A stretch of 64,000 bases of DNA from Candidatus Latescibacterota bacterium (GTDB lineage Bacteria > Latescibacterota > UBA2968). The stretch's first letter is position 1. Each line of letters starts with the position of its first letter. Shown piece by piece: positions 8,615 through 17,386 of this stretch. Under the pieces are notes generated by a model. It searched no databases. It was not told the origin of the DNA and saw only the letters and a list, made by a program, of their open reading frames with translations. Where the stretch lies: positions 384,001 through 448,000 of the forward strand of contig OZ242311.1 in the NCBI GenBank assembly GCA_965207885.1, given 5' to 3'. The translations under genes were made by a program, and so were the position numbers.

Positions 8615-11017
8615 CTATTCATATCGCAATGCTGTGGCTGGGTCGGTCAAGGCTGCGCGAATCGCCTGCGTACTCACGGTCATGATCGCGATTGCCATTG
8701 TCAGTAATCCGCTCAATACAAAGACCAGCGCGCCCAGATCTATGCGATACGCAAACCCCGCCAACCATTCATTCATGACCCAATAGGCCAGCGGAAATGC
8801 GATTAGATTGGCCAGCAGTACCAGAATCACAACTTCCCGCGAGAGCAAGCGTACGATATTGGGTACGGATGCGCCCAGGGTCTTGCGGATGCCAATTTCT
8901 TTGGTGCGCTGCTCTGCTGTAAATGCCGCCAGGCCAAATAAGCCCAGGCACGCTATTATAATCGCCAGCCCGGCGAATACAGTTATAAGTGTTCCTATCC
9001 GTTGTTCGGCGAGATAAAAATTCGCTAAATTTTCGTCTAAAAATCGGTAATAAAACGGCTTTTCGGGAATATATTTTCGCCACATTTCTCCGATATATTT
9101 AAGGGTTTCATCAATATTCTCACCGCGAATTTTTAGTGTTAGCACGTTGAATTTGGGTTGCCACATCGCAATCGCCACGGGGCGGATGATTTCGTGTAGT
9201 GACCGGTTGTGAAAATCTTTTACCACGCCGATTACAACGCCTTTTTCCCGGTTGTGCGCAGCCCATCCAAATTCCTTTCCAAGCGGCTCGGTCCACCCCA
9301 ATCGCTTCACGGCAGTTTCGTTCAGGATAAATGCCTGAGACGTATCGGTTGTCACTGATAGTGAAAAATTGCGGCCCGCTGTGAGTTCCAGATTATAGGT
9401 GTCTAAAAAGGCTTCATCCACGCCCAGGACGCGCATCCGCCAGTCTTCCCCTCCCCTGCCCTCGGGAAATACCCTGTCCAGTTGTCCTCCATATCCCATC
9501 GAAGAATGCGATGCCGATGCTTTCAAGATGTTTGGGTGTTTCAAATATTCATTTTTGATATTCAAATAATCATCTGTCAAGCGTCGATCTGTAGAAAATA
9601 GCCAGGTTAGAACTATGAGATCTTTATCAAATCCCAGATTTTTGTTCTGTACATAATTCAACTGTTGATACACCGTGTATGTGCCCGCGATTAAAAATGT
9701 CGAGATCGCAAATTGAAATACCACGAGGATCTGTCGCAGCCGGCCGCTTCTAGTACTCGAGACAAGCGTGCCTTTCAGTACTGTTACGGGCCGAAAACTG
9801 GATAGAAATAGCGCGGGATATCCTCCGGAGAGCAGGCTTACCAGCACGGTTAAAACAAATAGTCCGGCAATCGCGTACCACAGGGTCTGTCCTTCGAGCG
9901 CGATAGTTTTTTGGGCAAAGTTATTCAGGAGGGGTAGTGAAATTTTCACCAGAATTAGCGACAATAACCCGGCCAACAGTGCGGTCAAAAACGTCTCTCC
10001 CAAAAACTGTCGGATCAATTGGGCGCGATAGGCTCCCACTACTTTTCGCAATCCGACTTCGCGTGCCCGTCGCGCAGAGCGCGCTGTCGATAGGTTCATA
10101 AAATTGATGCACGCAATCAGCAAGATAAATAGCCCGATGATGGCAAACAGGTACACATACGTGATGTCGCTATGAGATGAGATGCCATAATCCACTTTGG
10201 AATACAGATAGATTCGCTCTAAGGGTTGCAAAAAATAGGTGCTCTTTTTGACGATCTCGTCGCCCATATATCGCGCCATGAATTCAGGCAATTTTGCTTC
10301 GAGTGCTTTAACATCTGCGCCTTCTCGCAATAAGATGTAATTGTGTGCCGGTCGCCAGGTTGAATCCACGGCCCACGTTTCAAATACGTTCCGCGTCCAA
10401 TAGGTGTTCACGGTTGCACATACAATGTCAAATTGCATGGTTGATTGTCGAGGCACGTTTTTCAGTACTCCCGTAATCGTATATACCCCGCCCATATACC
10501 GATCATCGACGGTAAGCACTTTTCCTATTGGGTCGTCATCCCCAAAAAATCGCTGCGCGGTTGCTTCTGTCACCAGGATGGAAAGCGGTTCTTTGAGTAC
10601 TGTCGCGCGATCTCCCTTCACCAGTTCAAAATCGAAGACTTCCAAAAAATCGGGGTCCGTCAAACAGAATCGCTGATCAAATTTGCGGTCTTTATAAGTG
10701 GTCCAGATATAATTCCACGACAGATATCGCACGACTGTTTCGATTTCTGAATAGTCTTTTTTTAGCGCGGGTCCCGCTGCTCCCGATGTGCCAAAACCCA
10801 TGTCGCGGGTGCCGTCATCGTTGCGCATCTCGCGGATCAATTTGTAGATTCGATCGCTCTTTTTGTGAAACCGATCTACGCGAAATTCATCGTGAATAAA
10901 TAATCCGATGAGGACACAACAAGCCACGCCTACCGATAATCCCAGTACATTGATCAGCGAGTATCCTTTGTGGCGCATCAAATTTCGCAGGGCGATTTTC
11001 AGATAGTTTTGGAACAT
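8615..11017 (-). CDS. MacB/FtsX-type ABC transporter permease (800 aa)
   Basis: NYLKIALRNL, IACINFMNLSTAR, REVGLRKVVGA, QRTKEIGIRKTLGAS, ALRYE end. Confidence 0.95.
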   Translation of the reverse strand: MFQNYLKIALRNLMRHKGYSLINVLGLSVGVACCVLIGLFIHDEFRVDRFHKKSDRIYKLIREMRNDDGTRDMGFGTSGAAGPALKKDYSEIETVVRYLSWNYIWTTYKDRKFDQRFCLTDPDFLEVFDFELVKGDRATVLKEPLSILVTEATAQRFFGDDDPIGKVLTVDDRYMGGVYTITGVLKNVPRQSTMQFDIVCATVNTYWTRNVFETWAVDSTWRPAHNYILLREGADVKALEAKLPEFMARYMGDEIVKKSTYFLQPLERIYLYSKVDYGISSHSDITYVYLFAIIGLFILLIACINFMNLSTARSARRAREVGLRKVVGAYRAQLIRQFLGETFLTALLAGLLSLILVKISLPLLNNFAQKTIALEGQTLWYAIAGLFVLTVLVSLLSGGYPALFLSSFRPVTVLKGTLVSSTRSGRLRQILVVFQFAISTFLIAGTYTVYQQLNYVQNKNLGFDKDLIVLTWLFSTDRRLTDDYLNIKNEYLKHPNILKASASHSSMGYGGQLDRVFPEGRGGEDWRMRVLGVDEAFLDTYNLELTAGRNFSLSVTTDTSQAFILNETAVKRLGWTEPLGKEFGWAAHNREKGVVIGVVKDFHNRSLHEIIRPVAIAMWQPKFNVLTLKIRGENIDETLKYIGEMWRKYIPEKPFYYRFLDENLANFYLAEQRIGTLITVFAGLAIIIACLGLFGLAAFTAEQRTKEIGIRKTLGASVPNIVRLLSREVVILVLLANLIAFPLAYWVMNEWLAGFAYRIDLGALVFVLSGLLTMAIAIMTVSTQAIRAALTDPATALRYE

Positions 11018-11033
11018 GATTGTTTTTTAAAAC

Positions 11034-11115
11034 GGGATTATAGCTGTTCATCCCGGTCTAACCATCCGTCCGATAGATGTATGATGCGGTCTCCGTAAGA
11101 GGCGTTTTTCTCTGA
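11034..11115. repeat. 82-bp direct repeat: copy of the 3' end of the ABC ATPase gene (other copy at 11779-11860)
   Basis: gggattatagctgttcatcccggtctaaccatccgtccgatag...gcgtttttctctga versus gggattacaactgctcatcccggtctaaccatccgtccgatag...gcgtttttctctga; about 6 mismatches by eye. Confidence 0.9.
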
Positions 11116-11133
11116 CATTGGTCGGGCAACCAG

Positions 11134-11730
11134 TCACTTCAGACAATGCGCCACTGCGTCCCTGTACGTTTCGAGCCTTGGGGTTTCCAGGTTCTTCACC
11201 TTGGCCAGATCATCCCATTTCCTGAGGTGCACGGCATTCTGGTAGTAAGGATTGCTTTCGAACTCGGTCCTTTCCCGATCTGACATGAGGCCTCCTTGTA
11301 GTTGGAAACTATGCTTAGAGGCTTCGGAAAGGGTGTTGTAGTAGGTCGAATCCGTGGTGCAGATGTATCGCTTGGCCGGAACGTGAAGTTTCACCGGTTC
11401 GGTCACCGCCTCGATAAAAAAGGGCGCTATGTACGCGGCGCCCACTTCTTCGTGGAGAAAGTCCTGGGTGTGGAAATCTGCGTTTTCTGCGTGTTCGTCC
11501 ATCAGAAAATGGCCGATATCGTGCAATAGTGCGGCAGTTATCTGAATCGCGTCTCCATTGGCGAGCTGGGCCAGATTGGCGCACTGGAGCGCGTGTTCGA
11601 GTTGCGTTACGACTTCGTCGTAGTGGGACTGGCCCCTCGCTTCCATGTAGGTGAACAGGGCATTTATTTTTTTTTCGGGACTGCCTTCGGCCAATTCGTT
11701 CGCGAGTGTTGGATCGACGTGTTCCTTCAT
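11134..11730 (-). CDS. HD-domain protein, PhnZ/TmpB-like phosphonate-cleaving oxygenase family
   Basis: Y..V.QLEHALQ, ALLHDIGH, HEEVGA, LHVPAKRY, S..LQGG, LRKWDDLAK motifs. Confidence 0.8.
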   Translation of the reverse strand: MKEHVDPTLANELAEGSPEKKINALFTYMEARGQSHYDEVVTQLEHALQCANLAQLANGDAIQITAALLHDIGHFLMDEHAENADFHTQDFLHEEVGAAYIAPFFIEAVTEPVKLHVPAKRYICTTDSTYYNTLSEASKHSFQLQGGLMSDRERTEFESNPYYQNAVHLRKWDDLAKVKNLETPRLETYRDAVAHCLK

Positions 11731-11782
11731 TTTGGCACCATCTTTCTCTGAAAATTTCGCGTGATAAATTTAATTGGAGGGA

Positions 11783-12457
11783 TTACAACTGCTCATCCCG
11801 GTCTAACCATCCGTCCGATAGGTGTACGATGCGGTCTCCGTAAGCGGCGTTTTTCTCTGAGTGCGTGCATTGGACGATGGTTACACCTTCGGCATTCAGG
11901 TGTTTGAAGAGGGTCATGATCCGCTCGCCTTCTGCCGAGTTTAAGTTGCCGGTTGGCTCGTCTGCCAGGATCAGTTTTGGCTGTGTGATCAATGCCCGGG
12001 CTATGCCTACCAGTTGTTGTTGTCCGCCGGATAATTGGTTGGGGAATAGTCGCTTTTTTGCCACGATGTTGAAGCGGTCCAGCATTTCGGCGATGCGGCC
12101 TTTGCGTTCAGCGCCTTTTACTTTTTGATATAAGAGAGGCGTTTCCAAATTTTCGCCGACGGTTAGTTCGTCGATGAGATGGTAGCTTTGAAATACAAAT
12201 CCGATGTGATCGCGGTGCAGTTCGGTCAATGCGCGTTCATCCAGTTTGTGAACTGCGCGGTTGTAAAAATGATACTCTCCATTCGAGGCGGTGTCCAGCA
12301 TGCCCAGGATGTGCAATAGGGTTGATTTGCCAGCACCGGATGGTCCCATGATGGACACAAATTCCCCTTCGCGGATTTGTAGATCAATGCGCCGCAGTAC
12401 GAATGTTTTTACGATGCCGTTTTCGTAGTATTTTTCGATGTTTTTTAGTTCGATCAT
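11783..12457 (-). CDS. ABC transporter ATP-binding protein (LolD/MacB-type)
   Basis: [24 protein letters not shown]; start [11 protein letters not shown] after a GGAG RBS. Confidence 0.95.
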   Translation of the reverse strand: MIELKNIEKYYENGIVKTFVLRRIDLQIREGEFVSIMGPSGAGKSTLLHILGMLDTASNGEYHFYNRAVHKLDERALTELHRDHIGFVFQSYHLIDELTVGENLETPLLYQKVKGAERKGRIAEMLDRFNIVAKKRLFPNQLSGGQQQLVGIARALITQPKLILADEPTGNLNSAEGERIMTLFKHLNAEGVTIVQCTHSEKNAAYGDRIVHLSDGWLDRDEQL

Positions 12458-12479
12458 CTCTATCTCCTTCCTGCATGAC

Positions 12480-12737
12480 TTATGCGCGTCGTTCGAATAG
12501 GATAGATACCTCGTGTTCGGATGGTTCGCCAATTTCTACGAGCGACCAGTCTTCGTCGTAGTTTTCCACAATCCGTTTCAAACTCGTTACTCTCTGTTCG
12601 TGGGGTTCGACGTGTTCCTCCCAGGCGAAGAGTTCCATCCGGTAATCGTATTTTCTGCTTTTGCCGTTTACCACCACGGTTACTTCCACGGTGTCTTCGG
12701 CGTCTAAAGGTGGCAATTTGATCGAGATTTTGGGCAT
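12480..12737 (-). CDS. Small hypothetical protein (85 aa) within the ABC operon
   Basis: ORF with GGAG RBS, co-oriented between the permease and ATPase genes. Confidence 0.7.
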   Translation of the reverse strand: MPKISIKLPPLDAEDTVEVTVVVNGKSRKYDYRMELFAWEEHVEPHEQRVTSLKRIVENYDEDWSLVEIGEPSEHEVSILFERRA

Positions 12738-12762
12738 GGTGATTCTCCGGAACAACGGTCAG

Positions 12763-12789
12763 CGGGTGACCACAGGGGGTCGCCCCTAC
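12763..12789 (-). repeat. GTAG-type REP element
   Basis: Reverse complement GTAGGGGCGACCCCCTGTGGTCACCCG; a related copy lies at 29248-29274. Its TAG is the permease stop codon. Confidence 0.7.
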
Positions 12790-15203
12790 TCATACCGCAG
12801 GGCGTCAACGGGATTGGAACGCGCAGCGCGGATGGCTTGAAGGCTTATGGTACACAGGGCGATGACAACGGCTAATAGGCTACACAGAATATAGATTTTT
12901 ATGCCGGGTTCAATGCGATACGCAAAGCCGTTGAGCCACTGTCCCATTGCCCAGTAGGCTATGGGCCAGGCGATGAGATTGGCAATGGTGAGGAGGAGTA
13001 CAAATTCTCGTGACAACAGTGCAATAATCTCACTTACCGATGCGCCCAATACTTTGCGGATGCCTATTTCTTTGGTGCGCTGAGAAACAGATAGGGATGC
13101 GAGGCCGAATAAACCCAGACACGCGATTAAGATTCCAAATCCCGATGCGTACCAGACGATTTGGAGCCAGCGCTGTTCTCTGCGGTATTGCTGGTTGACC
13201 TGTTGGTCCAGGAATGTAAATGCAAATGGGCGCGCGGGTTCTATTTTTTTCCAGGTTTCTCGCAGCAATTCAATACTGCCGTTTACGTCTTCTGGACGAA
13301 TACGCACGAGAATGACGCTGGGACCACCATCTGGCGATGTGTGAAATACGATTGGGTCGATTTCGTTGTGAAGCGATTCGAAGTGAAAATTTTTCACCAC
13401 GCCAACCACCTGGTGCGGCTCTGTTCTGTTCAGTACGGGAAAGGGTTGTCCAATTGGATCTTCCCATTCAAAGATGTCTGCGAGTGTTTCATTGACGATT
13501 ACGGCGCGGTTGGGGTCGCTGGGAAATTCTGGGGAAAAGTTTCGCCCCATTTTCAGATCGATGCCCAGTGTTTTCAGATAGGCTTCGTCAATCCACATGG
13601 ACCAGATCCTGAGCAAGGTGCCATCGGGCAAGAGGTGGCCTCTCAGTTTTGTGCTGTTGATGAATGAATAGCCACCACCGGCAATATTTACGATGTGGTC
13701 GTGGTCGCGCAAGACTTCGCGCAAGCGCTGGAGGTTTTCGCGCGTGGCGTTGCGCAAGACGACGGTCTGCTCGCTGGTATATCCCAAATTTTTTGTCTGC
13801 AAATAGTCCAGTTGCTGCGCCATGATTCCCGTGCAGATCATCAATACGATTGACAAGGCATATTGCACGATGACGAGGGCGCTTGTGAAGGGTTTGCGCC
13901 GTTTTGTCCGCGTGTTGCCCTTGAATACCGATATGGGTTGTAATTTTGACAATATTAGTGCTGGATAACTGCCTGCGGCGAGTCCGACAAATACGAGTAC
14001 ACCTGTAAGCGCGACGATCAATTCCCAACCGGGGATGAGTGTCACTTCTCCGGCAATCATGGCGTTGAATACGGGTAAAAACAATCTGGCAAGTACCAGT
14101 CCCAGGATCAGGGCGAGCAAGCTCATGAACAGGGTTTCACCCCAGAATTGTTGCATGACGTTGCCGCGATGTGCGCCCAATACTTTGCGCATGCCCACTT
14201 CCAGTGACCGCCGCGCCGAGTATCCGAGGGACAGGGTTGTGAAATTGATGCACGCGATCAACAGCACTGCTATGCCAATGGCTGATAGGACATAGGCGAA
14301 CATGGGGCTGATGGTTTGTTCGTATCCTCCGGTTACTTCGTTTTGAAAATGAATTTTTACGAGTGGTTGTAATTGGAATTGAAATGCATCGGCGCGATCT
14401 TGAATGCGCCCCCATCTGATCCAGTTACTTCGCTGTCTGGTCAGTCGCTCGGTGGTAAATGTGGCGAGTTTTTCGTTTAATGCGGTCGCCTGATTCGCGT
14501 CGTGGATTTGAACATAAGTCGATACGCGCGCGCCCGACGCATTCGACATTTGAAAATGCCATTTGTTATCTCGATACGCACTCTCAAAGGGGATGAGTAT
14601 GTCATTTCCACGCATGCTCGAGGTCAGTGGCAATGCTTTCATAATGCCTGTGACGACATACTCCCGGGGGTCCCGAATGCCCTTGATACGCAGCGACTGG
14701 CCGATCACACGGGCGTAATTTTCTGTTTCATCAAAGTATTTTTTCGCCACGCGCTCGCTGATGACCACGCTGTGCATGTCGTCAAGTGCGGTATTTGCAT
14801 CTCCGGCTAATAGCGGATAGGTGAATATCTGCAAATACGCGGGATCTATTAGTGCAATGCGTTCCCCAAATAGCTTATTCCCACGCTCGATAATCACATT
14901 TGAATTGGCAAATCGCGTTGTGTGAGCGATTTCTGGGAATGCTTCTTTCAAGGCGGCTGCGAGATCTTCTGGCTGTTTTACCGTTCGTGCGATTTCGCCT
15001 TCTTTCGTGATTTCCCGCGCCAATACCCGAAAGATCACATCCCTGTTTTTGTGAAACCGATCAAAAGACCACTGCTGATGCACTGCCGAAAAAATGAGCA
15101 CACAGCACGCCATCCCTATCGCGAGTCCCAGGATGTTAATTGATGCGTACAATTTGTTCCGCATCAAATTGCGCAGGGCGATTTTGAGATAGTTTGTAAG
15201 CAT
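12786..15203 (-). CDS. MacB/FtsX-type ABC transporter permease (805 aa)
   Basis: NYLKIALRNL, IACINF, EVGMRKVLGA, QRTKEIGIRKVLGAS, NPVDALRYE. Confidence 0.95.
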   Translation of the reverse strand: MLTNYLKIALRNLMRNKLYASINILGLAIGMACCVLIFSAVHQQWSFDRFHKNRDVIFRVLAREITKEGEIARTVKQPEDLAAALKEAFPEIAHTTRFANSNVIIERGNKLFGERIALIDPAYLQIFTYPLLAGDANTALDDMHSVVISERVAKKYFDETENYARVIGQSLRIKGIRDPREYVVTGIMKALPLTSSMRGNDILIPFESAYRDNKWHFQMSNASGARVSTYVQIHDANQATALNEKLATFTTERLTRQRSNWIRWGRIQDRADAFQFQLQPLVKIHFQNEVTGGYEQTISPMFAYVLSAIGIAVLLIACINFTTLSLGYSARRSLEVGMRKVLGAHRGNVMQQFWGETLFMSLLALILGLVLARLFLPVFNAMIAGEVTLIPGWELIVALTGVLVFVGLAAGSYPALILSKLQPISVFKGNTRTKRRKPFTSALVIVQYALSIVLMICTGIMAQQLDYLQTKNLGYTSEQTVVLRNATRENLQRLREVLRDHDHIVNIAGGGYSFINSTKLRGHLLPDGTLLRIWSMWIDEAYLKTLGIDLKMGRNFSPEFPSDPNRAVIVNETLADIFEWEDPIGQPFPVLNRTEPHQVVGVVKNFHFESLHNEIDPIVFHTSPDGGPSVILVRIRPEDVNGSIELLRETWKKIEPARPFAFTFLDQQVNQQYRREQRWLQIVWYASGFGILIACLGLFGLASLSVSQRTKEIGIRKVLGASVSEIIALLSREFVLLLTIANLIAWPIAYWAMGQWLNGFAYRIEPGIKIYILCSLLAVVIALCTISLQAIRAARSNPVDALRYE

Positions 15204-15215
15204 GCGGTTTTTCCG

Positions 15216-15893
15216 CTATCCCCTGATGTTTTCTGTGACGACATGACCGTCGAACAGGTGGATGACGCGATGGGCGTACCCCGCGTCGTGGGAGTTATGC
15301 GTCACCATTACGATTGTGGTGCCGTTTTTGTTCAGTTCGGTCAACAGATCCATGACTTCGTTGCCGTTTGCCGAGTCGAGATTACCCGTTGGCTCGTCTG
15401 CGAGGATGATGTTGGGGTTTGCTATGACGGCTCTCGCTACGGCTACGCGCTGCTGCTGACCGCCTGATAATTGCTGCGGGAAATGCTTTTCGCGGTGTTT
15501 GATGCCCATGTATTCGAGGGATTCGTCCAGGCGCTGTTTGCGCTCGCTGGCCGGTAAGCCCAGATATAACAGGGGCAGTTCCACGTTTTCGGCAACGGTC
15601 AGTTCGTCGATGAGGTTGAAACTTTGAAATACAAAGCCGATGTTTGACTTGCGGGTGTTGGCTCTTTGCCGTTCGGTGTGTTTGGATACTTCTTCTTCGT
15701 TCAGAAAGTATTCTCCGTCGCTCGGGTTGTCCAGCAGGCCGAGTACGTTCAAGAGTGTGGATTTGCCGCATCCTGAGGGTCCCATTACGGCGACGAATTC
15801 GCCTTCGTCAATGTCTATATTGACACTGTTCAGGGCGGTTGTTTCCACTTCTTCTGTGGTATAGACTTTCTGGAGGTTGACGGTTTTGATCAT
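15216..15893 (-). CDS. ABC transporter ATP-binding protein
   Basis: [26 protein letters not shown]. Confidence 0.95.
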   Translation of the reverse strand: MIKTVNLQKVYTTEEVETTALNSVNIDIDEGEFVAVMGPSGCGKSTLLNVLGLLDNPSDGEYFLNEEEVSKHTERQRANTRKSNIGFVFQSFNLIDELTVAENVELPLLYLGLPASERKQRLDESLEYMGIKHREKHFPQQLSGGQQQRVAVARAVIANPNIILADEPTGNLDSANGNEVMDLLTELNKNGTTIVMVTHNSHDAGYAHRVIHLFDGHVVTENIRG

Positions 15894-15924
15894 TGTGAGA
15901 CTCCTTTTGTAAAAAGCGATTGGT

Positions 15925-17283
15925 TTACCGCTTTAAAACCAGCTTGTCGATTTCTTCGTAATTATCATAAGACGATGTGACCACGCGCTCGCCGGGAGAG
16001 AGGCCGGCGAGGACTTCGAAGTATTCGGGGCTTTGGCGGCCTATGCGCACTTCGCGGCGTATGGCTTCGTCGCCTTCGACGACAAATACCCAGTTGCCGC
16101 CTGTTGTTTGATAAAATCCACCGCGCGGAAGCAAGAGGGCTTCTTCGGGTGCGTCGAGTTCCAATCGTATCTGTTCTGTTTGACCGCGCCGAATGCTTTG
16201 AGGTGTCGCATCCACAAAATCCATATCGACTTCAAATTGTCCTTCTAAGACTTCAGGAAAGACCCGACGGATTGTGAGTTCATAAGCTTCATCGTCGATT
16301 TCAATGGTGCCTTTGAGTCCTTTTGTGATTCTCGTGATGTAAAATTCATCGATGCCCACCCGCATTTTATAGGCGTCGAGTACATCGACCTGGCCAATGC
16401 GCCTTCCCCTGTTCATCAACTGACCGATTTCTGCATTTAATTGGGACAATTGGCCGGCAATGGGGGCGCGTACGGTCAGGTTTTCCAATGGGCGGCGCAC
16501 ATGCTCCAATTGCCGTTGCAAACTCCTGGCGCTCGTGTCCAGTGCAGCGAGTTGGTTGATGCGATACAGCGAGTCCTGGCGTACTGTTTCCAATGCAAAT
16601 GACCTGCGTTTTTGATCGTTTTGATATCGATCCCGCGCACTTTCAAACAGGTCTTGGGAAGTCAATCCGCGTTCGAACAAAACTTTCTGCTTTTCGTGTT
16701 GGCGTTCTGTCTCCCGCAAGTTCAATTCAACGCGCATCAGTTCCTGACGGTTGCGAATAGCCCGATTTTCCAGATTCAACCGGGTGTTTTCCATGTTGTT
16801 GATTTGTTCAAATAAACGGGCTTCCTGGGTTAAAATATTTTGTTCCAGGGTGGGATTCGACAATTTCAAAATGGGCATGCCTTTTTCGACCATTGTTCCT
16901 TCTTCCAGGAAGATTTCCTCTATTTGTCCGCCTTCCAGTGCGTCGATATAATATGTCTGAATCGGCAATACCGTGCCGCGCTGGACTGTAAATTCCTGAA
17001 AGGGACCGCGCGTGACTTCTGAAATGGTAATTCGATCAACCTGTACATTGAGTCTGGCGCTGTGGTCACCAAAGACAGCCATGTAGATCACGGCACACAC
17101 AAATACCGCGATCCCGCCGATGCTGGCGATGCGCTTTGGTGTCCATACTTTTTTTTCGACCCTGCGGTCCATGCCGTCCTGGCTCGTGGCTTCCGGTGAC
17201 GGTTCGGACGAGGAAGAACCCCTGCCTACAAAGCTGGGTACGGCTTTCTTTTTTTGTGGATCATCTCGTTCGGGTGTTGACAC
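15925..17283 (-). CDS. Periplasmic adaptor / membrane fusion protein (MacA/HlyD family)
   Basis: N-terminal TM, lipoyl-like GGQIEEIFLEEG and VRAPIAG segments, coiled coil, EVLAGLSPGERVVTS. Confidence 0.9.
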   Translation of the reverse strand: MSTPERDDPQKKKAVPSFVGRGSSSSEPSPEATSQDGMDRRVEKKVWTPKRIASIGGIAVFVCAVIYMAVFGDHSARLNVQVDRITISEVTRGPFQEFTVQRGTVLPIQTYYIDALEGGQIEEIFLEEGTMVEKGMPILKLSNPTLEQNILTQEARLFEQINNMENTRLNLENRAIRNRQELMRVELNLRETERQHEKQKVLFERGLTSQDLFESARDRYQNDQKRRSFALETVRQDSLYRINQLAALDTSARSLQRQLEHVRRPLENLTVRAPIAGQLSQLNAEIGQLMNRGRRIGQVDVLDAYKMRVGIDEFYITRITKGLKGTIEIDDEAYELTIRRVFPEVLEGQFEVDMDFVDATPQSIRRGQTEQIRLELDAPEEALLLPRGGFYQTTGGNWVFVVEGDEAIRREVRIGRQSPEYFEVLAGLSPGERVVTSSYDNYEEIDKLVLKR

Positions 17284-17386
17284 GTTTGTACCCTCTATCC
17301 AGAGTTTGGTGTGAATGCTGAATGGGAAAAATAGTCATACTTTGAACAATATTCAACTTTGTTTTGCGTCAATGGGACTCTTATTT

